NCBI GenBank assembly: GCA_963772455.1 | Contig: CAVYXJ010000012.1 | Location: forward strand, 32,001-96,000 | Length of the DNA stretch: 64,000 nt | DNA from: Candidatus Bathyarchaeota archaeon | Lineage (GTDB): Archaea; Thermoproteota; Bathyarchaeia; Bathyarchaeales; Bathycorpusculaceae | Direction: 5' to 3' | Shown here: one piece after another, positions 29,919 to 42,397 of the stretch | How positions within the stretch are numbered: the first letter of the stretch is position 1 | How the letters are laid out: every line of letters begins with the position of its first letter | Made by a program: the position numbers and the translations under genes | The notes under the pieces: generated by a model | What the model saw: only the letters and a program-made list of their open reading frames with translations | What the model was told of the DNA's origin: nothing | Databases searched by the model: none

Positions 29919-30488
29919 TTATGGGGGAGCGGGGTAGTATATGAGTTCTTTTTCTTCGAGTAGCAACTGAATTTTGTCGACTGCTTCGTAGACTTGTTCT
30001 TCTTTTTTAGCGCCTACACAGACGAGTTTGCCTGCTGAGAAAATTAGGAATACTACTTTTGGTTCGTCCATTCGGTAGACTGCGCCCGGGAATTGCTCGG
30101 GTTCATACATGACTTTGCTGAGTTTGTAGACGAGGCTTTCTAAGTCTATTTCGCCGCCTAATTCAGCGGATGCAACGATGTTTTGAATCATTACAACTGG
30201 TTTCTCTGTAATTTGGATGCCTTCGCCACGGAGTTCTTTAACTACCTTTTCCACTGCACTACGTGATTCTTTTTCTGATTTAGCACCTGTGCAGACCATT
30301 TTGCCTGTTCCGAAAATGAGAGTTGCTGTTTTAGGTTTTTTTAGTCTGAAAACAAGTCCTGGGAACACGCTTGGGTTATATTCGGTTTGGGGGAATTTTT
30401 CAACGATTTTTTGTAAGTCGATTTTCTGGTTAAGTGAGACTGAGGCCACAATGTTTTGGATCTTAATGATTGGTTTTCTTTTACTCAT
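29919..30488 (-). CDS. tbp: TATA-box binding protein
   Basis: Two repeats IQNIVAS...Y(N/E)PxxFPG...LIFxxGK. Confidence 0.98.
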   Translation of the reverse strand: MSKRKPIIKIQNIVASVSLNQKIDLQKIVEKFPQTEYNPSVFPGLVFRLKKPKTATLIFGTGKMVCTGAKSEKESRSAVEKVVKELRGEGIQITEKPVVMIQNIVASAELGGEIDLESLVYKLSKVMYEPEQFPGAVYRMDEPKVVFLIFSAGKLVCVGAKKEEQVYEAVDKIQLLLEEKELIYYPAPP

Positions 30489-30693
30489 GTCAAGTCACGG
30501 TTAAATATTTAAAGAGAGGAGGGGTATATAAAGCATCTATTTATAAAGGGTCTATAATTGCTATTTAATTATTAATCTCATTTATTAAAGTACAAACATG
30601 CTTTACAATACATGTTTCTATTGTCTTGTAGTTTCTCAAAAAAAAATCAATTCATAATTTCTGTAGTGTTCAATTCACCATAATCGGAAGAAA

Positions 30694-31783
30694 TTAATTG
30701 GCAGTATCTCGATATATTTGAAATCTTAGCAAGGCAGCTATTCCACCCAGCGCTATGAGTTTTGCTCCAGCTTCATGTTCTGTGCTTACCACTGTTACAG
30801 ATGCATTTCGCTTTTCCACTTGATGCATCAAATCTTCAAGTTTTAGCCGTTTTGCTTCGTCTACATCCCTAAGAGTAGTGTCTGCGACCACAAGCTTCTC
30901 CACTGCACCCATCAATATCGCATTTTCCACTGCATCCAAGCCATAAGTAACAGTTCCTTCACCTTTACCCAACCGCTTCATAACTTCCTCCATAGTCTCC
31001 GTTTCATCCACAATACGAAGTTGATGGGAAGCTTTCAACAATAAACCCGAACGAAGAGCCTCGTAAATACCTGATGTACCTCCGTTGTTGACGCTTTTTA
31101 CATCAACAATGGATTTTGACATTTCCTTGGCTTCTTCGGAAAGATAACTAACAAAATCACCCTTAACAAAACCCACCCCAATAACCACAATTAAACTATG
31201 GCTGTGAACCCACAATTGGCTTAGGCTGTTTAATGCTCTTTTGAAATAAGCTTTGGTTGCTTCCACACGCTTATCCGCTTCTTGTTTACCAGGCAACCTC
31301 ATTCGTTCTTCCACACGAATCTCCACACCATACTGTTTGGTTTCGGCAATGGCAAAGCCTTCGTCGTCGATCGAGATTATTAATAGAGGTTTTTCAGATT
31401 CACTTGCCCTGATAATACGGTCAAGAAGGTGTTTTGGCCATTCCTTTTTAACGATGGTAACAGGTTGATTCAACGCTACACTAATAGTATGATGAGCTCC
31501 TGTAGGAACTATGTCGGGGGCATGGCAAATTGTACCATGAACACGCAGTTTTCCTAAAAACTTGTCCCAGCCAACCGAAATCACATTTACACCCATAAAT
31601 GCTGAAAACCGCTCGCCACTTTTAGGGCGTGATCCTTCAGTGTCGCTTTTTAATGGCTCTTGAACTGTAAGCGTAAACCTCATCACCCGTATAGATGACG
31701 TTGTATAAGTGCCAAAGGTCATCTGGCGAATCTGGAACCACTTTCATGAAGCCTTGGGGTAGATTCTTTTCAATAATCTTCAA
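30694..31783 (-). CDS. pelA: Pelota ribosome rescue factor (one extra base near 31651)
   Basis: N-terminus KIIEKN...DDLWHLYNVI...GDEV in another frame from TTG 31783; GAHHTI, PGK, YG and LGGIAALLRF motifs. Confidence 0.92.
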
Positions 31784-32007
31784 ACGGGTCCATCTCAATT
31801 AGCAATGTGAATGAGTGTCGAAGTAAAAATATACTGCGGAACAAGCAACAAGTTTAATGTTTACTAATCCAATAAAAAGAAAAATTAAATCCTTTCCCAG
31901 TTGGAATAGAAAAGCAACAAACAAACCTCTAAATTCAAAGTGAAATAAGTCAATTCCAACTAATTCAAACTATAAAATAACCGCTTTATCAATCTTTCAT
32001 TAATATT

Positions 32008-32409
32008 TCACGCCAATTTTTTCTTTTTCACCTTGGTTGCGCGGTATAATTCAAGTATTTCCCAAGTGGCGTTGGAAACTTTCAGATTTGAACCAGTAAA
32101 ATAGTCTATGTAATTGATTTCGCTACTTGGCTTAGCAATCCCATTGGTTTCCACTAAGAAGACTTCGTGGTTGTCAAATAATGATTCGTATTTAAAAAGA
32201 AATCTGCAAGCAACTGTTTCAAGGCTAGTTTCTTCTTTTATTTCTCTGATTGCAGCGGTTTTTTGGCTTTCACCTTTTTCTGCTCCGCCACCGGGCAAAT
32301 AAAAAGTCCGATTGTCATGGCTAACAACAAGGATTCCCCTTAAAGTTTCTACTATGGCGGTTCCTCGTCGCCTTTTAGAATCCAGCATATTGCATATTTG
32401 GTGCACCAT
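32008..32409 (-). CDS. NUDIX hydrolase
   Basis: LPGGGAEKGESQKTAAIREIKEET. Confidence 0.9.
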   Translation of the reverse strand: MVHQICNMLDSKRRRGTAIVETLRGILVVSHDNRTFYLPGGGAEKGESQKTAAIREIKEETSLETVACRFLFKYESLFDNHEVFLVETNGIAKPSSEINYIDYFTGSNLKVSNATWEILELYRATKVKKKKLA

Positions 32410-32550
32410 TTTCTAATAAGCAATACGCTCTATGAATTGCAGGTTCACTTTAGAGATGATTAATACCAAATCTGAAAAATCTAGTTATCTGTATCTAAAG
32501 AAGAAAAAAGTTTTTTTTAAGGGAAGAGAAAAACTTCCCTATTATACCGT

Positions 32551-34702
32551 TTAGATGAGACCCAATAGGTTCATGAAGAGCGGAATGAAAACGATGGACA
32601 GCGTGCTTAGCAGTTTTATGAGCACGTGTAGGCTTGGTCCTGCTGTGTCTTTGAGTGGGTCACCGACTGTGTCACCGACAACTGCTGCTGCATGTGCAGG
32701 TGAACGTTTGCCGCCGAATTTACCGGATTCAATCAATTTCTTCGCGTTATCCCATGCACCGCCACCTGTGTTCATGAATAGCGCTAGTGGAACTGCTGTA
32801 AGTGTGGTTCCGATGACGACTGCACCGACTGCGACAGGTCCTAAGAGGATACCGATGACTATTGGAACTACAACCACTATTACACCTGGAATGACCATAC
32901 CTTTGAGTGCTGCTTTGGTGCTGATGTCTACTGCTTTGCCATAGTCTGGTTTACCTGTGCCCTCCATGATGCCGGGGATTTCTTTGAATTGGCGTCTGAC
33001 TTCGTTAACCATTTGTGTGGCTGCTTTGCCGACTGCGCTGATTGCTAGCGAGCTGAACAGGAAGGGTAGCATTGCGCCGATAAAGCCTGCAACAAGTACT
33101 GCTGGCTGGGAAATGTCTACTACTAGGGTCACACCAAGCTTCGCATACACTTCTTCCGCATAGGTCTGGAAGAGTAATTGAGCTGCAAGTAACGCGGATC
33201 CTAAGGCGAAACCTTTGGTTAAGGCTTTAGTTGTGTTACCAACTGCATCTAGGGCTTCCATGGTTTCTATTCCTGTTTTTTCGCCTGCCATCTCTGCGAT
33301 GCCTGCTGCGTTGTCAGCGATTGGACCAAAACCGTCGAGTGCTAAAACCATACCCATGACTGCGAGCATACCCATGGTTGCAAGTGCGGTGCCGTAGACA
33401 CCACCTGTGTAAGCAGGTATACCGACGTTTGTGGCAAATTGTGCGCCTAAGCACGTAGGACACGAGCAGTGAAATTACTAGTGTAATTATTGGAAAAGCG
33501 GTCGTTTCTAATCCGACTGCGAAACCTGTGATGATGTTTGTTGCGCTTCCAGTTTGGCTTGCTGCTGCGATGCTGCCGACTGGTTTTCTGTCACGTCCTG
33601 TGTAGTAGTCTGTGATTTGGTCGATTAGTACGCTTGCAACTAAGCCTGTTAATAGACAACCAAAGATGTAGTACCAGTTACTTCCAAAGAAGGCTATTGA
33701 GGCTATAGCGAACATTATTGCTGATACAATGGTTGCTGCGTTTAGACCTTTGCGTAGAGCCTTCATTGGAGTGTGTACTTCGCTGGCGTTTAGCTTAACA
33801 AATGGCATAGCAATCATTGTTGCGAAGATGCCTAAAGCTCGGACAATCAGTGGGAAGATCAGGAACAATATGTTGCCTGTTGCTGCACTGACGAGTCCAC
33901 CGATAACCATTCCACCGATGTTTTCGCCAACTGCAGATTCGAATAGGTCTGCGCCGCGTCCTGCTGAGTCTCCAACGTTGTCGCCGACGTTATCAGCGAT
34001 GACTGCAGGGTTTCTTGGGTCATCTTCCGGGATGCCTGCTTCAACTTTGCCGACGAGGTCTGCACCTACGTCAGCTGCTTTAGTGTAGATACCCCCGCCT
34101 AACTGAGCGAATAATGCAACTAAAGATGCACCAAAACCCATACCTACTATTGCGCTTGCGGCTGTTGTTCCTGCATTTGCAGGAGGAGCAGTTCCAAATA
34201 AAACATCCCAACCACCATATGCCAAGAAAAGTAAACTTACACTCAACAAAGATAAACCGACCACAGCAAAACCCATAGTTGCGCCACCATAAAACGCCGT
34301 TTGCAGCGCAGCATTAGGACCGTTTTTGCCTGCTGCCACAGTACGCACGTTTGCTTTAGTGGCGTTATCCATGGCGATGTAGCCGGCGGCTAATGAGGCA
34401 ATAGAGCCTATCAGGAAAGCAATCGCCGTGCCAATGCCGAGAGCTACAGCAATCAGTGCAAAGAGCACAATGATGATTGCGCTAATAGTTTTGTATTGAC
34501 GTTTTAGGAACGCATAAGCGCCTTCGCGGATTGCGTTTCCAACTTCAATAGCCTTCGGCGAACCGGGGTCCATTTTATTGATCTTACGCATTAGTAAGAG
34601 GGAGACTAGTATAGCAATTATGCCCGCTATAGGGGCAATCCAAAATACAGATGGATTATCAAGGAATGTTAGGCTTTGTAAGAGTATGAACATATTTATC
34701 AA
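32551..34702 (-). CDS. hppA: Membrane H+-translocating pyrophosphatase, K+-independent signature (one extra base near 33451)
   Basis: DVGADLVGKVE, DNVGDNVGD, GNTTKA and GDTVGDPLKD motifs. Confidence 0.95.
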
Positions 34703-34863
34703 CCGATATCCATATTCCTTATATATTTTTCCAAAAAAATTCTGTTCTTACACATCAAAAATATAAATTTTAAGTCAATAAAACAAATTTTTATTTCGAC
34801 GTTTGGTTGCATTTTTAAGCAAGTCAACACCTATTTCAAATAAGTCTTACCAAAAGGGATTGA

Positions 34864-35994
34864 ATGATGCCTTCAAGATTAATAGTGGTTAAAGTCGGCA
34901 CCAGCGGAATAACAACAGGCGAGGGAAAGCTAGACGAAATAGAAATGGAAAAATTAGCTTGCCAAATAGCTGTCGCGAGTAAACAAGGTGACAAGATAGT
35001 TCTTGTAACTTCAGGTGCAGTTGCAGCTGGAATCGCTGAACTCGAAATCCCTCCCAAACCCAAAGATGTGGCGTTTCAACAAGCAGCCGCGGCCACAGGT
35101 CAGAGCGTACTTATGGCAAAATACCGCGACCTCTTTAAAAAACATAATTTAAAAGTTGCTCAAATTCTACTAACAGCCGAAGACCTCTCTAACAGGGCAT
35201 CATACGTTCACACGTGTGACGTGCTAAGTTTACTTCTCAAAATCGGTGTTATCCCAATAATAAACGAAAACGATGTTGTCTCAGTTGATGAACTCATGAG
35301 GACTGAAGGCTACAAAGTAAACTTCAGTGACAATGACATACTCTCGGTTCTTGTTGCCGGAGCAGTCTGTGCTGATTTAGTGATTATACTCTCTGATGTT
35401 GAAGGATTATTCACTTGTGATCCCTCGGAGCCTGGAGCTAAACTGATAAAAACAGTTGATACAATCACAACAGAATTAAAAAATTCTCTTAATGGCAAAA
35501 GCAAACTTGGAAGAGGAGGAATTCAAAGCAAAATTAAAGCCGCAGAAATCGCTACTTCATGTGGTATCCCAGTTGTTATTGCGAATAGCCGAAGAGAAAA
35601 CGTTATTCACGACATTTTATCAGGTAAAGACATTGGCACATTTTTTAAACCTCAAAGTCGTATGCCCGCTGTAAAACGTTGGATAGCTTACGGTGCAGCT
35701 GTAAAAGGACAAATTCACATTAATGAAGGCGCTAAAAAAGCCATTTTGGAAGGCTCCAGCCTATTACCCGTTGGAGTTTTAAGAGTAGTTGGGAACTTTA
35801 ACGTTGGCGACGTTGTAAGCGTTGTAGATGAAAACAATATTGCGTTTGCAAAGGGAAACCCAAACTTCACCAGCGGAGAATTAAACCTAATTAAAGGCTT
35901 ACAAGTAACAGAAGTACACAAAAAACTTGGCAATGAAAAATCTAAAGAAGTTATCGAGCACCGAAATATACATTTATGCGAGGTAGAAAAATGA
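34864..35994 (+). CDS. proB: Glutamate 5-kinase with PUA domain
   Basis: VVKVGT, SGAVAAG, NEND and FSDND motifs. Confidence 0.96.
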   Translation: MMPSRLIVVKVGTSGITTGEGKLDEIEMEKLACQIAVASKQGDKIVLVTSGAVAAGIAELEIPPKPKDVAFQQAAAATGQSVLMAKYRDLFKKHNLKVAQILLTAEDLSNRASYVHTCDVLSLLLKIGVIPIINENDVVSVDELMRTEGYKVNFSDNDILSVLVAGAVCADLVIILSDVEGLFTCDPSEPGAKLIKTVDTITTELKNSLNGKSKLGRGGIQSKIKAAEIATSCGIPVVIANSRRENVIHDILSGKDIGTFFKPQSRMPAVKRWIAYGAAVKGQIHINEGAKKAILEGSSLLPVGVLRVVGNFNVGDVVSVVDENNIAFAKGNPNFTSGELNLIKGLQVTEVHKKLGNEKSKEVIEHRNIHLCEVEK

Positions 35995-37234
35995 TCAAAG
36001 AAATATGCCTGAAAGCCAAAATTGCTTCTGTTGAGATGGCAAAGCTCTCTGCAGAAGCTAAAAGCGCTGCAATTTGCAAGATGGCAGACGCGCTTGAAGC
36101 TAATGTTGAAAAGATTTTGATTGCAAACAAAAAGGACGTAAAAGCCGCCAAAGCCAAAGGTCTCAAAAACGCTTTACTTGACCGATTAGCGTTGGACCAA
36201 AAGAAAATTCAGACTATGGCTAAAGAACTAAGAGAAGTCTCGGCGCTCCCTGATCCTATTGGTGCAATCCTTCAGTAGTTGGACACGCCCAAACGGTTTG
36301 ATAATAAGTCAAGTACGTGTTCCACTAGGCGTCGTCGGCATAATCTATGAATCACGACCCAATGTTACCGCGGATTCTTCGGGAATCTGCATCAAATCGG
36401 GCAACGCAGTTATACTTCGTGGAGGATCAGATGCGTTGAATTCCAATATAGCCATCGGCGAAGTTTTGCGTGAATCATTGATTGGAACAGATGTGCCCAT
36501 TGATGCAGTTCAAGTGATTAATTCTCCTGATCGCAAAATTGCTGAAGAATTGATGGGCATGCGTGAATACATTGATGTTTTGATTCCTCGGGGTGGAGCT
36601 GACTTAATTAAGACAGTGGTAGAAAAGTCACGAATTCCAGTAATTGAAACAGGAACAGGCAATTGCCACATCTACGTTGAAGAAGACGCAGACCTCGAAA
36701 AAGCAACCCCCATTGTAATAAACGCAAAGGTCCAAAGACCAGGAACTTGCAACGCTGCCGAGAAGCTATTAGTTCACAGCAAAATCGCAAAAAGCTACCT
36801 ACCAATCGTGATTTCTGAGCTTCGAAAAAACGGTGTAGAAATTCGAGGCGACAAAGAAACATGCAAGATAGTTCCTGACGTAAAAGAAGCAACCGAAGCA
36901 TGACTGGAAAACTGAATACTTAGACCTAATAATAGGAATTAAAGTGGTGAAAAACTTAGATGAAGCTATCGTGCACATCAATAAGTACGGCACAAAACAT
37001 TCTGACAGCATCCTAACTAGAGACTTCGACAAAGCAATGAAGTTCATAAAAGAAATTGATTCAGCAGCAGTTTACTGGAACGCTTCGACGCGCTTCACTG
37101 ATGGTAACCAGTTTGGACTTGGTGCAGAAATCGGAATAAGCACCCAAAAACTACATGCTCGAGGACCTATGAGCGTGCAACATTTAACGACAACAAAATA
37201 CGTGATTATAGGCGATGGCCAGATTCGAAAATAA
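35991..37234 (+). CDS. proA: Gamma-glutamyl phosphate reductase (extra bases near 36273 and 36901)
   Basis: [23 protein letters not shown] and KLHARGP motifs across three ORF pieces. Confidence 0.95.
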
Positions 37235-37360
37235 TTTTTTTCCTTAAATATTTGTTAGATTTTGAGTTGCATAGTTACTTTTATTTTTAGGCTAAAAGAA
37301 AAAGGGTTAACTTACTTATCTGCCGCCACTTTTTGAAAAATCAAGAAGAGTTGGTTTGTT

Positions 37361-38881
37361 TTATATCGATGGTATTAACGAAGATAGTTGTTGCGATGCA
37401 GGATGAATTAGTTGAAGGACTAAGTCTGGGAATAAGCCTAAGATAAAGATTGCAGCGACGAGTATGAAGACTGGGATGAGTATTCGATAGGATTCTTTTA
37501 TACGAGTTTCATCCGTGGCTTTCTTTCCATACATGGTGTTCATTAGTCTGAAGATGTAAGCTGTTTGTAGTACGCTAGTTAAGACTCCTATTATTGCTAA
37601 CCAGCTCAGGTTTGCTTGCAGTGCAGCGGTGAAGACGAGGTATTTGCCTATGAATCCCCCAAGTGGTGGGACACCAGCGAATGATAAGCCCGCAATTACT
37701 AAAGCTATACTTACCAAGGGTGCTTTCTTGCCGAATCCAGCGAAGTCTTTGAGAGTTTTTATGCCGTAACGGTTTATGATGCCTATTGTCATGAAGGCTA
37801 AAGCAGTGGTTAATCCTCCGATGAGGAAGAAGTAAAGGTTGCCTTCGAGACCAAGAGATTTAATGCTTGTTATAGCCACAAGGTTGTAGCCAACATCTGC
37901 AACACAGATGTATGCGATTAAACGTTTCACATCATTTTGAATTAAGGCAAAGATGTTTCCAACTACCATCGTGATTGCTGCGAGGATAGCTAACATGAGG
38001 GTCCAATCTAAAACTTGGTTTGGACCCGTTGGAATTATTATAAAGAGAAGTATTCGGATAACGATGTAATAGCTGCCTTGGTCAACTAATGCCGAGAGGA
38101 ATGCAGCTGAAGGTGCTGGAGCTGCGGTGTATGCATCTGGTAGCCAAAAGTGGAATGGAACAATTGCTGCTTCAATAGCGTATCCAGCTGCAACGAAGAC
38201 GAATGCTATTATGAGCAAGTTCATGTTAGATGCCACATTTGTGGCGTTCAAAGCTTCTCGGACTGCTGTGTAATTTAAGCTGCCTGTTAAGCCGTAAATG
38301 ATGGACATGCCAAATAATACGAATGCTGATGCGATGATGACCATTACTAAGAATTTCAGGGTTGCGTTGAGGCTAAAAGCGTTTTTGCGATACATCATCA
38401 GGAATGCTGCAGATGCGGTTGCTGCTTCCCAGAATATGAAGAATGTTAAGAGGTCGCCTGAAAGAACTGCACCAAGTAAGGCTGCTGTTAGGATGAGCAT
38501 TATAGCAAAGTATCGATCTGATGGACGCTCGTTTGAGTCAACGAAAAATACGCTGTAAACTATGACTACAGCGCTGATTCCAATAATAATTATTGCCATG
38601 TAAATTGAAATGGCGTCTATCAGGAAGGAGCTTGAAACTGCCGAAGATACACTTCCGTCGAGTGCTAAATTTAGCGGAAGTGGATTGGCAGTACTATAAT
38701 AGGTTAATGCCAAGTTAGCGACGGTTGCGCCAGCGATCAAGAAGACAATTAAGAACCAGCCTAATGTGTAGGCGGTCTTGTGGTTTTGGTGTTTTCTAAT
38801 TATCTTGAATACTGGAATGGTCAATAAAGCTGCGATAACAAGAGTAAATATCGGCAATATTACATCTAATATTTGTACCAT
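37361..38881 (-). CDS. Antiporter-like subunit (NuoN/MrpD-like)
   Basis: FWE, PFHFWLPDAY and GVPPLGGF motifs. Confidence 0.88.
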   Translation of the reverse strand: MVQILDVILPIFTLVIAALLTIPVFKIIRKHQNHKTAYTLGWFLIVFLIAGATVANLALTYYSTANPLPLNLALDGSVSSAVSSSFLIDAISIYMAIIIIGISAVVIVYSVFFVDSNERPSDRYFAIMLILTAALLGAVLSGDLLTFFIFWEAATASAAFLMMYRKNAFSLNATLKFLVMVIIASAFVLFGMSIIYGLTGSLNYTAVREALNATNVASNMNLLIIAFVFVAAGYAIEAAIVPFHFWLPDAYTAAPAPSAAFLSALVDQGSYYIVIRILLFIIIPTGPNQVLDWTLMLAILAAITMVVGNIFALIQNDVKRLIAYICVADVGYNLVAITSIKSLGLEGNLYFFLIGGLTTALAFMTIGIINRYGIKTLKDFAGFGKKAPLVSIALVIAGLSFAGVPPLGGFIGKYLVFTAALQANLSWLAIIGVLTSVLQTAYIFRLMNTMYGKKATDETRIKESYRILIPVFILVAAIFILGLFPDLVLQLIHPASQQLSSLIPSI

Positions 38882-38897
38882 CAGTTTTCACCTTCTC

Positions 38898-40464
38898 CTA
38901 TCCAAATGTCACCGTTTGTATTAGATTCATGAAGAACGTCGGGTAGATTCCAATTAGAACAACCAGAACAACCAGAATTGCCAATGCAACTTTCATATAT
39001 ATGGGAACATCGACTATTCTGTGTTTTTCATGTCCTTCTTCTCCAACGCTGTGTTCGTCCATTGGTTGTCCAAGAAAAACTTTTGAAATAAATCTCAATG
39101 CATAAGCCAACGAGAAAACCGTCGCAATAAGCATAAGAGCTGTGGGTATAATGTAAAAACTGCTAAGGCCACCAGTTGAATTGATAATCTGGATTGCGCC
39201 GACGAATATGAGAAACTCACTGATGAAACATGCTAATGGAGGAGCTCCAGCAATGCTCAAAGCAGCTATAGTTCCTGAGACAGTTGAGAATGGCATCTTG
39301 CCAGCTAAGCCACCCATTTTGCGAATGTCTCGCTCTTCGGTTTGATGCATAATTCCTCCAGCCGTAAGGAAGAAGAGACCTTTGCTCGCAGCATGAGTAA
39401 CGATATGCAAGACCGTGCCCACGATTGCCGTGGCTGAAACAAGGAGAACTGCTGTTCCTCCAGCTAAACTTACTGGAAACAGCGAAAGCCCAAACATTAT
39501 GTAACCCATGTGGGCGATGCTCGAGTATGCAATAAGGCGTTTTATGTCAGTTGCTACCAACGCGAGGAATGAACCGAAAAACGCTGTTATTACACCTATA
39601 ATTGATAATACTTGAAGGAAACCTGTTCCGAACTCTATTCCGACTGCCGGGAAAACAATCCCGAAAGATAACCTTAAGATGGCGTAAGCTCCGGCGCTGA
39701 TGATAACTCCGCTTAATAGTGCAGACATTGGTGCAGGGGCTTCTGAGTGCGCATCGGGCAGCCACATATGCACTGGGAAAACAGCCATTTTCACTGCGAA
39801 TCCAGCTGTAAGGGCGATTATTATCCATTTAGCAATGACGTCTGGGAAAGCAGTCAATTAGGGCTGCTTGGGCTTGGAACATATCTGTTGTCTGGTTAAG
39901 TAATAGATTGCTCCGATTCCTAAGAGCACAAAGACTGCGCCTGCATGGGTAAATATGAATAGTTTGAAGGCGGATTTGTATGAGTTTCTGTATCCCCATT
40001 CGCCCACTATGAAGTAAGCTGGAACAAGCATGAGTTCCCAACAGAAATAGAATAGAAGCAAATTAGATGTTAAGAAGACTCCAACTAAACCTACGGAGAG
40101 CATGCATAAGAGGGCATAGTATGATGGAAGGTTCTTTTTTCCAGCCATGTAATTAACTGAGAAGAGCGCAGCTACGAAGATTAAGACTAAACTGATGAGG
40201 GCAACGGAAGCGCTAATTCCATCAAGAAAAAGCGAAAATTGCGTATTGTTCAATGTTGGAATCCATAGTATAAGATTCCGTGTATACGTGCGTTGCACCA
40301 TAGAGAATCGTTGGAACAGTCGATAAGACCAAAGAGATGTTAATCAATGCGATCAAAGCAACAAAGAAGGCTGCGGCTTTAGGTGATTTCTTTCCAGCTA
40401 AGTAAACGAAAGGTATGCTTATGGATGGGATTGCAAATACAGCTAAAAGAATTGGTAGTGTCAT
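38898..40464 (-). CDS. Antiporter-like subunit (NuoM-like), split by indels near 40266, 39895 and 39855
   Basis: FYFCWELMLVP, HMWLPDAHSEAP and AYSSIAHMG motifs across pieces. Confidence 0.88.
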
Positions 40465-40468
40465 TTTC

Positions 40469-42397
40469 TTACACCCTTATTCCTACAGTTAATATTATCA
40501 GCACAACGATCAAGATGAATCCAAGCACTGCTGCCGCAACATAATTTCTAAATGAATCTGAAGGTCCTTGCTTCAATGTTGTAGCGTGTCCTGGTTCTGC
40601 AGCTTCGCTAACTTGCGTGCCTGCTGAATCGGGGTATCTACCGAAGAGGGAATTTTCTATCCTTGTAAGACCGCCTGAGAAACGTTCTATTCCTTTTGAT
40701 ACAGCGCCATAGAAATCGTCGAAGAAGTAAGCGTGCTTAAGCATGGTCACTATTGGGTTTTTGCTTGCTGCAAAGTTTCTGATGCCTTTGAAGCCCTTGT
40801 AGTATGAATAGTATGCGAGTAATCCTGTGGGTATAAGCAAACCAAGGAAGATTGGAGTCTCAATGTTTAGGAATGCTCCTACCAAGCCTTCAGTTAAGTT
40901 TACATGCATGAAACTGGCGACCAATGGCTCAGATAAGCCCCAAACAATGCAGAAACCAGCTAGAATTGCTGCTGGAATGAGCATAACTTTGGGTGCTTCA
41001 TGAACATGCTGTTTCTCTAAGTGTTCAGATTTGTTACCCATAAAGGTCAAGCTAAACATGCGCACAACATATGCGAATGTTATAGCCGTAGTTGCATAAA
41101 GCAAAATTGTTTGTATAAGATTACCTGTGTCGGTTATGCTGGTAATGATTAATCCTTTGCTGAAGAAGGCGGCGAAAGGAGGCAAACCGCTTGTAGTAAT
41201 AATCATTATTGCCATTAAGATAAATGAAATTGGCATCATTTTTCGCAAGCCACCCATCAGCCGCATGTCTCTTGTTCCGATTGCATGGATGATTCCTCCT
41301 GCCAATAAGAATCCTAGACCTTCAAAGAAGGCATGGCTAACCATGTGGAATAAACTTGCAAACCAACCAACAGATGCTGCTCCTTCAACTGCTGCGCCTA
41401 ATCCAGCCATCATGAAGCCGATTTGACTAACGGTTGAATATGCAAGCACTCCTTTGATGTCGGTGGTTGTTAAGGCAAGTGTTGCGCCCACTAATGCGGT
41501 TAAGACACCTATCCAAGATATTGTGGCAAACCAGAACTGGTCACCAAGAGCTGTGATTAAACCGGGTGCTACAGAGAATATTAGGATAAACCTTGCAAGA
41601 AGGTAGACACCTGCTTTAACCATCGTTGCAGCGTGTAAGAGAGCACTGACGGATGTAGGTGCTTCCATAGCACTATACAGCCAAGTGAATAACGGAAGTT
41701 GAGCCGACTTTGCAATGGCACCACCTAAAACTAAGAACGCCACAGCAACCAAGAGACTAGTGTTCAGTGTATTTGCTGCAGCTGCCTCTTGTATTCCAGT
41801 TATTACGCCGTGGAAACTGAAGGTATTAAACATCATGTATAGGATACCGATGGCGGCGAGTAATGCTATGTCGCCAATGCGAGTCATTATAAAAACTTTG
41901 ACACCTGCTTTGATTGATTCAGGTTTTTTATACCAGAAAGAAATCAATGCATACGAGCATAAGCCTACCATTTCCCAAAAGATGAACATCTGGAGCATAT
42001 TATCGGATATTACTAGACCGATCATTGAACCGATGAAGAGCAAGATGAGGTAATAGTACCGTGTTAAGCCTTCTTCACCTTTCATATAACCTATTGAATA
42101 TACTGCGATGATCAAGGCGAAGAAAGAAACAAGGCATGTGAATAGAACGCTTAGTGGGTCAATGTATACTCCTGCTTGGAGTCCTGGAATCCAATCTACA
42201 GTGAAACTTGTGGCTGCTCCGTTGCCTAACCAAACACTTGGCACCAATGATAATGCCAAAATCGCCGTGACCGCGGCTATGGCAACAACAAAGTAGTTTC
42301 GAGCTTTATCACTATATTTACCGATGACTGGTACGAATAAGCTGGCTATTAGTGGAAGGACCCAAACAAACCATGCTGAGAATTCTTCAAGAATCAT
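40469..42397 (-). CDS. Antiporter-like subunit (NuoL-like)
   Basis: WEMVGLCSY, KSAQLP and AMEAPTSVSALLHAATMV motifs. Confidence 0.92.
   Translation of the reverse strand: MILEEFSAWFVWVLPLIASLFVPVIGKYSDKARNYFVVAIAAVTAILALSLVPSVWLGNGAATSFTVDWIPGLQAGVYIDPLSVLFTCLVSFFALIIAVYSIGYMKGEEGLTRYYYLILLFIGSMIGLVISDNMLQMFIFWEMVGLCSYALISFWYKKPESIKAGVKVFIMTRIGDIALLAAIGILYMMFNTFSFHGVITGIQEAAAANTLNTSLLVAVAFLVLGGAIAKSAQLPLFTWLYSAMEAPTSVSALLHAATMVKAGVYLLARFILIFSVAPGLITALGDQFWFATISWIGVLTALVGATLALTTTDIKGVLAYSTVSQIGFMMAGLGAAVEGAASVGWFASLFHMVSHAFFEGLGFLLAGGIIHAIGTRDMRLMGGLRKMMPISFILMAIMIITTSGLPPFAAFFSKGLIITSITDTGNLIQTILLYATTAITFAYVVRMFSLTFMGNKSEHLEKQHVHEAPKVMLIPAAILAGFCIVWGLSEPLVASFMHVNLTEGLVGAFLNIETPIFLGLLIPTGLLAYYSYYKGFKGIRNFAASKNPIVTMLKHAYFFDDFYGAVSKGIERFSGGLTRIENSLFGRYPDSAGTQVSEAAEPGHATTLKQGPSDSFRNYVAAAVLGFILIVVLIILTVGIRV

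Noticed and set aside
30694-31783. Programmed frameshift autoregulating pelota
   Set aside because: Same single-base insertion pattern occurs in many unrelated genes, and no stimulatory structure is seen
36895-36906. TGA in proA as selenocysteine or read-through
   Set aside because: Downstream sequence is in a different frame; explained by one extra base
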